Source of the DNA: Acidimicrobiia bacterium
GTDB taxonomy: Bacteria; Actinomycetota; Acidimicrobiia; Spongiisociales; SHLN01
Assembly: GCA_041619515.1 (NCBI GenBank)
Contig: JBFKDW010000026.1
Span: 1-34,463, forward strand
DNA length: 34,463 nt
Reading direction: 5' to 3'
In this document: positions 17,892 through 25,754 of the stretch, one piece after another
How the letters are laid out: each line of letters begins with the position of its first letter
Numbering within the stretch: the stretch's first letter is position 1
Notes under the pieces: generated by a model
Database searches by the model: none
Told to the model about the DNA's origin: nothing
What the model saw: the letters and a program-made list of their open reading frames with translations, nothing else
Position numbers and translations under genes: made by a program

Positions 17892-20150
17892 TCAGGCCCC
17901 GGGGGGCCGCAGAAAATCGCCGGTGATGGGAACTCCACTCGAGTTGAGGGAGATGAGGTCGGCGGCCACCGCCGTTTCGTTCGTGTCGGCGAGATAGAAG
18001 GAGGCTTCGGTGCCTCGCCATACGCCGATGGTGTCGGCGCCGTCGTTGTCCCAGTCACCGGCCACCGGCACGTCCCCGGGGATACCGAAGTAGAAGTCGT
18101 GATCGGCCGGCCCCGACGTATGGTCGAAGCGCAGGTAGGCGTGACCGTCGCGGTAGACCCCGATCTCGGTCGCACCGTCGCCGTCGAAGTCGCCGGTGAA
18201 TGGAACATCGCCGGGAATGCCGAAGAAGAACTCGATGTCGGCCGGCCCGTCTGCGAGGGTGTTGGTCAAGGTGACGCGCCCTGCCCGGTACACGCCCATC
18301 GAGTCACAGCCGTCTCCGTCCCAGTCCCCGACCAGGGGAAGATCCCCCTCCGCTCCCAGCAAGAAATCGATGTCGGCGAACCCGAAGTCGTTGCTGTTGC
18401 GGAGGAAGGCAAAACCACTGGACGGGCGGAACACGCCGACGGTGTCGATTCCGTCGCAGTCCCAGTCGCCCATGAACGGCAGGTCCTCCGGTGTGCCGTA
18501 GGCGAAGCGAGCGATGGACCCATCCTCGTAGCGCAAGCGCCAGTCGGCCCCTTTTCGCACCACCAAGCCGACCGCGGTCGGAGGCCCGGAAGGATTGGTC
18601 CCCGCCGCCACCTCGTCGGGATCGCTCACACCGTCCCCGTCGGAGTCGATCAGCAGCGGGTTGGTGTAGTGGATGAACCATTCGTCACCGTCGATCAGCG
18701 TGTCGTTGTCGGTGTCGGTGTCCAGGGGATCGGTGGTCAGCCTCCATTCCTCGCCGTCGGTGAGCCCGTCTGCGTCGGTATCGACCACAAGCGGATCGGT
18801 GCCGAGGAAGACTTCCTCGTCGTTGTCGAGGCCGTCCCCATCTCGATCGCCGCAGCAGGCAGCGGAGGTGATGAAGATGTCCCATGAGCGCGGGGTGTCG
18901 CCCGGTACCAGCGTGCTGGCCGTGGAGCCGAATGCGACCTCGGTCCCGTCACCGCTGAGGCCGAGGGCGAACGAGCCGGCATTGGCATTCTGGCGTTGGT
19001 CACCGATGCTTGCCTTGACGGTGGTCGTCGTGGCGAGGTCGCGGACAAAGACGGCGAACTGGCCTTCGTGTGGTGTCGTGAATGCCACTCGAGAGCCGGT
19101 GGCATCGATGAACGGCCGGTCTACGTCCTGGCTGAACTCCGTTTCGTCCGGGGCCAGGGAAACCCGGCTGGTGGCTGCGGTGATCGTGTCGTGGACGAAG
19201 GCATCCCAGGCCCCATTGGTGTCGCCTGCCACCAGGTTCGTGGCGAAGGATGCGAACGCCACGCGGGTCCCGTCATCGCTGATCGAGGGTGCTTCGCTGG
19301 GCCCGTTGGGGGCTGAGCCACTCGGGCCGACCGATACCCGGACCGTCGTTCCCGCCGTCGTGTCCCGTACGTACACGTCCGGCATCGACCCGTTGGCATC
19401 TCCGGGGACCAGGTTGGTGGCATGGGAGGTGAAGGCGACCCGGGTGCCGTCGGCGTTCAAGGAGACCTCCCGGCTGTACCCGTTCGATTCGAGCCCGGCG
19501 TCTGTGAGCGAGACCCGGCTCGTGGTCTCGGTGACGGTGTTGTAGACGAAGATGTCGTAGGTGCCGTTCGTATCCCCGGCGACCAGATTCGTCCGGATCG
19601 AGCTGTAGGCGATCTTGGTGCCGTCGGCACTGATGGCCGGGCGGCGGGAGTCGCCCGTAGCGTTGGTCCCCTGCGGATGCTCGTTCACCCGGATGGTGGT
19701 CCCGGTGACCGTGTCGTGCAGAAACACGTCTATGTGGTCAAAGTGATCGGGGTCGACGCCCGGCACGAGGTCCTTGCTCCCCGACGTGAATGCGATCCGC
19801 GTCCCATCGGCGCTGATGACCGGCTCCCCGATCGTTGGGCTATTCGCAGCTCGATCATTGGCGCCGACCGAGATGAGAGTGATGGTCCCGGAAACGGTGT
19901 CGAGCAAGTACAGGTCCTCGCCGCTGAACAGGTCGTTCGGAGCGAGCTGCTCCCGAGTTACGAAGGCGATTCGTGTGAGGTCTCCGCTCAATGCGGCGTT
20001 CGGATCTTCATAGAAACTGATGCGGGTGATGGGGTGGGGCAGGACACCGATCGCGTCGACCGATGGGGCGGGGAGGGCGACGAAGACCGAGGCGGCCAGG
20101 AAGAGAGCGACAATCGGGGATGAGTGGCGGCGGCGCCGGATCCGATTCAC
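17892..20150 (-). CDS. Secreted TolB/PD40-like propeller protein with Ca-binding DxDxDG repeats and a C-terminal FG-GAP/VCBS-like repeat module (paralogue A)
   Basis: AAGGAGG RBS before the GTG at 20150; signal peptide; seven SxDGTRxAF repeats, four DxDxDGLxDxxE-like repeats, four G-x-PGD-x-P-x2-GDWD-like repeats. Confidence 0.85.
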   Translation of the reverse strand: MNRIRRRRHSSPIVALFLAASVFVALPAPSVDAIGVLPHPITRISFYEDPNAALSGDLTRIAFVTREQLAPNDLFSGEDLYLLDTVSGTITLISVGANDRAANSPTIGEPVISADGTRIAFTSGSKDLVPGVDPDHFDHIDVFLHDTVTGTTIRVNEHPQGTNATGDSRRPAISADGTKIAYSSIRTNLVAGDTNGTYDIFVYNTVTETTSRVSLTDAGLESNGYSREVSLNADGTRVAFTSHATNLVPGDANGSMPDVYVRDTTAGTTVRVSVGPSGSAPNGPSEAPSISDDGTRVAFASFATNLVAGDTNGAWDAFVHDTITAATSRVSLAPDETEFSQDVDRPFIDATGSRVAFTTPHEGQFAVFVRDLATTTTVKASIGDQRQNANAGSFALGLSGDGTEVAFGSTASTLVPGDTPRSWDIFITSAACCGDRDGDGLDNDEEVFLGTDPLVVDTDADGLTDGEEWRLTTDPLDTDTDNDTLIDGDEWFIHYTNPLLIDSDGDGVSDPDEVAAGTNPSGPPTAVGLVVRKGADWRLRYEDGSIARFAYGTPEDLPFMGDWDCDGIDTVGVFRPSSGFAFLRNSNDFGFADIDFLLGAEGDLPLVGDWDGDGCDSMGVYRAGRVTLTNTLADGPADIEFFFGIPGDVPFTGDFDGDGATEIGVYRDGHAYLRFDHTSGPADHDFYFGIPGDVPVAGDWDNDGADTIGVWRGTEASFYLADTNETAVAADLISLNSSGVPITGDFLRPPGA

Positions 20151-20242
20151 GGGAGCCTCCTTCCGATCAGAGTCTCCTCGGGGGAAGCTTGTCACTCACA
20201 AGCGTACGCCCCCTGCGCGAGGGCCTGTGGGGTCCTTCGGCC

Positions 20243-22393
20243 CTAGTTGTAGTTGCCGGCGGCCGGGGTCCAGGTGCCGGTTCCGTAGGGGATGGTGTAG
20301 TCGGCGAAACCGGTGTCGTTGGTGTCGGAGAGATAGAAGGTGGCGTTCGATGAGCGCCAGATGCCGACGGTCTCGGTGTAGTCGTTGTTCCAGTCTCCGG
20401 CGACGATCTGGTCGCCGGGAATCCCGAAGAAGAATTCGTGGTCGGCGATCCCGCTGGTGTAGTCGTAGCGGAGGTAGGCGTAGCCGGTGCTCTCACGGAA
20501 CAGGCCGATCTCGGTGAGGCCGTCGTCGTCGAAATCACCGCTGAAGGGACTGTCGCCGGGGATACCGAACCAGAAGTCGATGTCGGCGACGCCGGTATCC
20601 AACGTGTTTCGGAGGAACACGTGGCCGTCCCGGAACACCCCGAGGGTGTCGCAGCCGTTGGCGTTCCAGTCTCCCACCAGGGGTATGTCGCCGCCGATCC
20701 CGAAGAAGAAGTCGGTATCGGCGAATCCGAAGTCGTTGCTGTTGCGCAGGTAGGCGAAGCCGTTGGAGGGCCGGAACATGCCGACGGTATCGATCCCGTC
20801 ACAGTCCCAGTCCCCCATCAGGGGCACATCCCCCGGGTTGCCGTAGAAGAAGCTCGTGGTCGACCCGTCGGCGGATCGCAGGTTCCACTCCCCGGACGCC
20901 GGGTTGAACAAGGTCACCTGGGCGGGCGGCTCCGTCGGATCCGTCCCATTGGTCACTTCGTCCCCATCGCCGGTCCCATCCCCATCCGTATCGGGGTTGT
21001 CCGGGTCGGTGCCGAGGTCGGCCTCTTCCCCGTCGCTGAGACCGTCACCGTCGGAGTCGACGCAGCAGTCGGTGGCGGCAACATAGGCGTCGTCGGTGCC
21101 GTTGGTGTCGTCGGTGACGAGGGCCACCCGGCTGTTGAAGGCAATGCGGGTTCCGGCCCCGTTGATGTCGGGGGCGTCGGAAACCCCCGACGCCTGCGCA
21201 CCCGTATCGGTCGTGCTCACCCGAGTGGTGGTGCCGGCCTCCAGATCGCGCAGGAACACGTCGAGCGCGCCGTTGGTATCGGCGGCAATGAGGTTGGTGG
21301 CGGTGGAGTGAAAGGCGACCCTGGTGCCGTCGGCGTTGATCGAGGGGGCGCCGCTCGAATCAGCAGCCTGCGTCCCGTCCGAGGCCACCGACACCCGGCT
21401 GGTTGTCCCGGCGACGGTATCGCGCACGAAGACATCCCAGGCGTCGTTGGTGTCTCCCGGAACGAGATTTCCGGCCCGTGACTCGAAGGCGATCTTGGTC
21501 CCGTCGGCGTTGAGAGATGGGGTTCCGCTGTCGCCCCCGGTGGCCTCCGCCCCACCGTCTGCTACCGAAACCCGGGTGGTGGTCCCGATCTCGAGATCAT
21601 GCAGAAAGACGTCGCGGCTCAGGTTCATGTCGCCCGCAACCAGATTGCGGGCCTCGGATCGGAAGACGATGGCGGTCCCATCGGCGCTGATGGACGGGGA
21701 ATCGCTGCCGAAATCGCCCTCGGTCCCGTCGGAGGCAACCGAGACACGGGTGGTGGTGCCGGCGACCGTGTCGCGCACGAACACGTCCAGCCTGCCATTC
21801 GTGTCGTCCGGCACGAACTGGGACCGATCCGACACCCATGCCACCCGGGTGCCGTCGCCACTGATGGAGATGGTGCTCACGTACGTTGCCGTCACCTGGG
21901 AGCCGTCGTGAGCGAGGGACACTCGAGTCGTGTTGCCGGTAGTGAGGTCGTGGACGAAGACGTCTTCGCGCCCATTGGTGTCTCCGGCGACGAGGTTGCT
22001 CGACCATGAGATGAAGGCCACCCGGTTGCCGTCGGCGCTGATGACGGCAAGGCGGCTGTGATTGTTCCCCTGGGTGCCGTCGGATGCCACCGACACCCGA
22101 GTTGTGGTACCGGTGAGCGTGTCGCGCACGAAGATGTCGTCGCGCCCGTTGGTGTCTCCGGCGACGAGGTTGCCGGAGCCGGATTCGAAGGCGATGCGGG
22201 TGCCCTCGGCGCTGATCGAGGGGTCGTCGGAGGAAGCAATGCTTGCCTGGCTGCCGTCGGTGGCCACGCTCACCCGTGCGACCGGCGGGAGGGTGGCGCC
22301 GTGGGCGCGGTCGGCCGGAATCGCAAACACGGCCGCCGCGACGACGACGGTGGCGACGACGGTCGGCAGCGCTGGTAACTGGGCTCGTGACAT
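20243..22393 (-). CDS. Secreted TolB/PD40-like propeller protein with Ca-binding repeats and a C-terminal FG-GAP/VCBS-like module (paralogue B)
   Basis: Probable start MSRAQLP at 22393 (uncertain); signal peptide ending AHG; seven RVSVAxDG...SADGTRxAF...DTNG..DVF repeats, two DxDGDG repeats, four GDW-type repeats. Confidence 0.85.
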   Translation of the reverse strand: MSRAQLPALPTVVATVVVAAAVFAIPADRAHGATLPPVARVSVATDGSQASIASSDDPSISAEGTRIAFESGSGNLVAGDTNGRDDIFVRDTLTGTTTRVSVASDGTQGNNHSRLAVISADGNRVAFISWSSNLVAGDTNGREDVFVHDLTTGNTTRVSLAHDGSQVTATYVSTISISGDGTRVAWVSDRSQFVPDDTNGRLDVFVRDTVAGTTTRVSVASDGTEGDFGSDSPSISADGTAIVFRSEARNLVAGDMNLSRDVFLHDLEIGTTTRVSVADGGAEATGGDSGTPSLNADGTKIAFESRAGNLVPGDTNDAWDVFVRDTVAGTTSRVSVASDGTQAADSSGAPSINADGTRVAFHSTATNLIAADTNGALDVFLRDLEAGTTTRVSTTDTGAQASGVSDAPDINGAGTRIAFNSRVALVTDDTNGTDDAYVAATDCCVDSDGDGLSDGEEADLGTDPDNPDTDGDGTGDGDEVTNGTDPTEPPAQVTLFNPASGEWNLRSADGSTTSFFYGNPGDVPLMGDWDCDGIDTVGMFRPSNGFAYLRNSNDFGFADTDFFFGIGGDIPLVGDWNANGCDTLGVFRDGHVFLRNTLDTGVADIDFWFGIPGDSPFSGDFDDDGLTEIGLFRESTGYAYLRYDYTSGIADHEFFFGIPGDQIVAGDWNNDYTETVGIWRSSNATFYLSDTNDTGFADYTIPYGTGTWTPAAGNYN

Positions 22394-22483
22394 GAGAATA
22401 CGGGTGGGAGACAGCGCTACTTGTCGGCAATTTCGGCGATCTCCTTGAGCCACGTCCCGGCTGGTTTGGGAGGGAGGCGCGTG

Positions 22484-23692
22484 CTAGAGGCTCCGTCTCC
22501 AGGCCGAAAACGACGCCAGCGAACCGGAATGGGGGGGTCGCAGCCAGGGCCAGGGATGGAGCTCGCTCGGTTGGATCCGGGCGGCCCGGCGCCGCCAGCC
22601 GGGAACCGGTGCGAAGGTGGTGGCCACGGCCCGGCCTGCCAGCACGAGTTCCGGGGTCCCGCGGTGGACCTCGACGGTCCGCCGCCCGGCCAGGTCGGCC
22701 AACGTCTCAGCCAGGAAGACGAGGCGTCGTCCCGCCAGCCGGAGCCGGCGGAGGAGCGGTTCGTCGAAAATGAAGACCACGGGGAGGTCGGGGTTGGCTG
22801 CGAGGGCGGGATCGTCATCTCCCATCGACTCGGCAGTCAGCCATACGCAGTCGGCCGGGGCGCGAAAAACTACCGTTGCCGGCCCGGCGGTCCGGTCTAC
22901 GGCGGGATCGTGCTTCAGCAGTGGGTGGGGGTCGACCGGGTGGAGCGGCGGATCGGGCGGCCAGGCCTCGATCGGGCAGTCGAACTGGTGCTCGCAGGTT
23001 CCGCACAACCCTGGTGCACGCCGCTCCACTTGGCGGCGGGAGAACCCATATGGGCGACCGGTCCCGGTCCCCACCGTCCACTGCCAGCCGAGCCGGTTGG
23101 CCGCCCGGGAGCCGTCGAGCAGGTTGCTGAAGAATCGATCCTCGCCCTCGCGCCAATCGACCCCCTCCCTGACCGCCCAGTGAGACGCCAGCCACATGCG
23201 AGCCTGGTTCACGACCCAGCCGTCCCGCTCCAGCTCGTCCACCGCCAGCCGCACGCATGCCATGGAGCCCGCCCAGGGGTCGGACCCCTGGCTGCCGCCC
23301 AGCCGGGCGCGAAGCCCCTCCCGGTTGGCAGATCCGAGACGGGCATACAGGTGGCGGGCGTACTCCTGCCACAGCAGCTCGTCGCGGAACTTGGCCACGT
23401 CCCGGCCGGGGCCGTCCGAGGCGTGCTTCCACACCCGCGGTAGAGACAGCAGCCCGTGGCGTATGTAGGGGGAGAGTCGAGACGCACCCCGCCGCGCCTC
23501 CGGCCACACCTCATTGCGGCCGGCGGCGTAGCCGGCGACCACGAATCCGGCCAGCCGCTCGTTGGCCGCCTCCTGGCCACCGACGAATCCCGGCGAGGCG
23601 GCGGCGGGACCGACGAAGAGCCCGCCGAGGTGGTCGCCTGTCCAATCGATGACCGCCGGCCGCCCGCGCGGAGGAGTTGGGAGCCGGGTCAT
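22484..23692 (-). CDS. Photolyase/cryptochrome family protein with inverted domain order and four putative Fe-S cysteines
   Basis: Start at the ATG at 23692 (ATGA overlap with the upstream gene), 402 aa. FAD-domain motifs SRLSPYIRHG, ELLWQEY, NQARMWLAS, LLDG-x3-N-x2-GWQW lie N-terminal; alpha/beta-domain motifs DDPAL, PVVFIFD, RLVFLAETLADL lie C-terminal. Confidence 0.88.
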   Translation of the reverse strand: MTRLPTPPRGRPAVIDWTGDHLGGLFVGPAAASPGFVGGQEAANERLAGFVVAGYAAGRNEVWPEARRGASRLSPYIRHGLLSLPRVWKHASDGPGRDVAKFRDELLWQEYARHLYARLGSANREGLRARLGGSQGSDPWAGSMACVRLAVDELERDGWVVNQARMWLASHWAVREGVDWREGEDRFFSNLLDGSRAANRLGWQWTVGTGTGRPYGFSRRQVERRAPGLCGTCEHQFDCPIEAWPPDPPLHPVDPHPLLKHDPAVDRTAGPATVVFRAPADCVWLTAESMGDDDPALAANPDLPVVFIFDEPLLRRLRLAGRRLVFLAETLADLAGRRTVEVHRGTPELVLAGRAVATTFAPVPGWRRRAARIQPSELHPWPWLRPPHSGSLASFSAWRRSL

Positions 23693-24069
23693 GACCCCTC
23701 GGCCAGCCGTTTCAGTCGCCGCAGTGAACGGCGCAGCACCAGCAGGTAGGGAGCGGCGATCCACGGAGCGGTGAACTCCACCCGGCAGCCCTCGTCGCCC
23801 AGCGGCATCACATGGTGGCCGGTGGCGCCGATGCCGGCCACATCCCAGATCCAGAACCGGCCCGGCACCACTTCGCAGATCCGGAATGGGAGCCAGAATC
23901 CGGCAACGGTCCGGACTCTTCCTTCCCCTCCGGGCTCCACTCTCACGCTGGGGCTGTCGACTGCTCGAATCGACGAGCCCCACTCCGGCCAGTTGTCGAA
24001 CACGGCGATCAGCTCCCACAGGCGCTCGGCCGGAGCCCCGACGTCGATCCCGGTGGCGAGGTGCCTCAC
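23689..24069 (-). CDS. SRPBCC (START-like / polyketide cyclase) family protein
   Basis: IDVGAPAERLWELIA...WPEW start and C-terminal helix LRRLKRLAE; GTGA and ATGA overlaps with its neighbours. Confidence 0.85.
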   Translation of the reverse strand: MRHLATGIDVGAPAERLWELIAVFDNWPEWGSSIRAVDSPSVRVEPGGEGRVRTVAGFWLPFRICEVVPGRFWIWDVAGIGATGHHVMPLGDEGCRVEFTAPWIAAPYLLVLRRSLRRLKRLAEGS

Positions 24070-25034
24070 AGCTTCGACAGCAGCTGCGCGGCGGCCGCAC
24101 GCCCGGACAGGAACGCGCCCTCGAGCTTGGCCCCGGCGAACACCTCGCCCGCCAGGACCACCGGGGACCCGGCGTCATATCCGACCGCGCCGGTTTCGAA
24201 GGTGGTACGCGGCTCGGCGTAGCGCCACCGGTGTCCAACCGCGTGCACGATGGGAGAGGCGAGCAAGGAGGCGGCAGCCTCGCACAGCAAACGGACCCAG
24301 ACCTCCGCGGGGTCATCGAGGTGGCCGGCGGCGAACTCCGGCGTCGAATGGATCGTCACGGCCGGAACCGGGGACACGCCCTTATCCTGGTTGTCGGCCA
24401 TCCACGCGATAGGTCCCTTCGAGGGGGTTCGATGTCCGGCGGTCAGGCCGGCCGGCCCGTCGAGGCGAGCCATCACCGCCAGGGAGGCGTGGTACTCGAC
24501 CTGTTCGAGCGCCGACCTGATGTGGGAAGGAGGGCCGCATCCACCGGCATCCAGCAGCGGGAGCATCTGAGGGGGCGGCGCGGTGACCACCACCGCGACG
24601 CCCCCGGCCACCGGCTCGGGGCCGGCATGAGCCGTCACCCCGTGCGGGCCCGTCTCCAGGCTGGTGAGGGTGACTCCGGTCCGGACGTCGAGGCCTCGTG
24701 CGAGGTGCTCGGGGATTCTCCGCATGCCGCCGACGCCGACATGGCGGACGTTCGGTGAGCCGTCCTCGTTGGGCCGTTCGGCGCGAAACCATTCGCGGAC
24801 GAGCCCGCCCGCCTTCCACCCGGTGGCTGCCTCGGTGAACGCCGGGTCGCGCAGCCCGAAATGCTGGGCGCCGTGGTCGAACCGGGCCTCTCCGATCGTG
24901 CGGGTGGCCATGCGTCCACCCACGGCTCGTCCCTTGTCGATGATGATCGGCTCGAGACCGTCGGCGCGCAGGGCGAGGCCAGCGGTGAGCCCGGCCATCC
25001 CGGCACCGACAACGAGCACTCGGGAGACGGTCAT
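24066..25034 (-). CDS. Renalase-like FAD/NAD(P)-dependent oxidoreductase
   Basis: VVGAGMAGL, DKGRAVGGRMATR, FDHGAQ, HRWRYA, EGAFLSG. Confidence 0.88.
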   Translation of the reverse strand: MTVSRVLVVGAGMAGLTAGLALRADGLEPIIIDKGRAVGGRMATRTIGEARFDHGAQHFGLRDPAFTEAATGWKAGGLVREWFRAERPNEDGSPNVRHVGVGGMRRIPEHLARGLDVRTGVTLTSLETGPHGVTAHAGPEPVAGGVAVVVTAPPPQMLPLLDAGGCGPPSHIRSALEQVEYHASLAVMARLDGPAGLTAGHRTPSKGPIAWMADNQDKGVSPVPAVTIHSTPEFAAGHLDDPAEVWVRLLCEAAASLLASPIVHAVGHRWRYAEPRTTFETGAVGYDAGSPVVLAGEVFAGAKLEGAFLSGRAAAAQLLSKL

Positions 25035-25120
25035 GCCGGTGGTCCAGTCGTGGGGCTCGTATACCTACACCGGGCCATGTCACTATGCAATCCGGCGGAA
25101 GGTCGGGTCTTCGAACGCGT

Positions 25121-25150
25121 CGAAGGGGCCGCCGCCCGGCGGCCCCTTCG
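25121..25150 (-). terminator. Hairpin downstream of hsp20
   Basis: CGAAGGGGCCGCC-GCCC-GGCGGCCCCTTCG: perfect 13-bp stem 26 nt after the hsp20 stop. Confidence 0.7.
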
Positions 25151-25176
25151 GCTGAGGAGGTTGTTGGTGAGGGTGG

Positions 25177-25605
25177 TCAGTTGCCTGCTTGGACGTCGAT
25201 GGCGTCGTGGGCGTCACCGCTGATGGCTACCTTGCGCGGCTTGGCCTCCTCCTTGATGGGGATGGTCACGGTGAGCACCCCCTGGTCGTAGGAGGCCTTG
25301 ACGGCACCGCTGTCGAGGCGGTCGCCGAGCCTGACCTCCCGGCTGTGGGTGCCGGTCGGACGCTCACGCACCAGCCAGTTGGCGCCTTCGGTGTCTTCGA
25401 TCTTGCGGTCGGCGGTGACGCGCATGACCCCGGCTTCCACCGTCAGGTCGACGTGCTCGGGGTCGACGCCGGGAAGGTCGAATTTGAGCGTGTAGAGGCC
25501 GTCCTTCTCGAAGGCGTCCATCGGCATGAGGCCGCCTCTCCAACGACCGCCCACCTGAGACATGATCCGGTCCATTTCGTCGAACGGGTCGGTGAAACGC
25601 AGCAC
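25177..25605 (-). CDS. Hsp20/alpha-crystallin small heat-shock protein
   Basis: AAAGGAG RBS before a GTG; MLRFTDPF, MPMDA, FDLPGV, RER-x2-G, ASYDQGVLTVTIP, KPRKVAI. Confidence 0.95.
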   Translation of the reverse strand: MLRFTDPFDEMDRIMSQVGGRWRGGLMPMDAFEKDGLYTLKFDLPGVDPEHVDLTVEAGVMRVTADRKIEDTEGANWLVRERPTGTHSREVRLGDRLDSGAVKASYDQGVLTVTIPIKEEAKPRKVAISGDAHDAIDVQAGN

Positions 25606-25646
25606 GATTGCTCCTTTCTTCGCATGCAGATGCGTCTCGTGTTCCT

Positions 25647-25690
25647 ATATGAGATAATCTGATGGTAATAGACTCATATTTGTCTGTCAA
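25647..25690 (-). promoter_or_regulatory. Sigma70-type hsp20 promoter with an overlapping inverted repeat / HAIR-like site
   Basis: Minus strand TTGACA (25690-25685), 17 nt, TACCAT (25667-25662). ATATGAG-N19-CTCATAT spans the -10. Confidence 0.75.
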
Positions 25691-25705
25691 CCCATATTCC
25701 ACAAT

Positions 25706-25735
25706 GAATCAGCGGCCCGTGCGGGCCGCTGATTC
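25706..25735 (-). terminator. Hairpin downstream of ino1
   Basis: GAATCAGCGGCCC-GTGC-GGGCCGCTGATTC: perfect 13-bp stem 19 nt after the ino1 stop. Confidence 0.72.
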
Positions 25736-25754
25736 TGAGCAAGGATGGGGAGTT

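Noticed and set aside
20228..20245. DosR/DevR-like box (GGG-N-C-N4-G-N-CCC)
   Set aside because: A single all-GC match overlapping a stop codon; such matches are expected by chance in GC-rich DNA.
23693..24316. N-terminal extension making the photolyase 610 aa
   Set aside because: The extension is an off-frame overlap of the SRPBCC and renalase-like genes; the ATGA overlap points to 23692 as the start.
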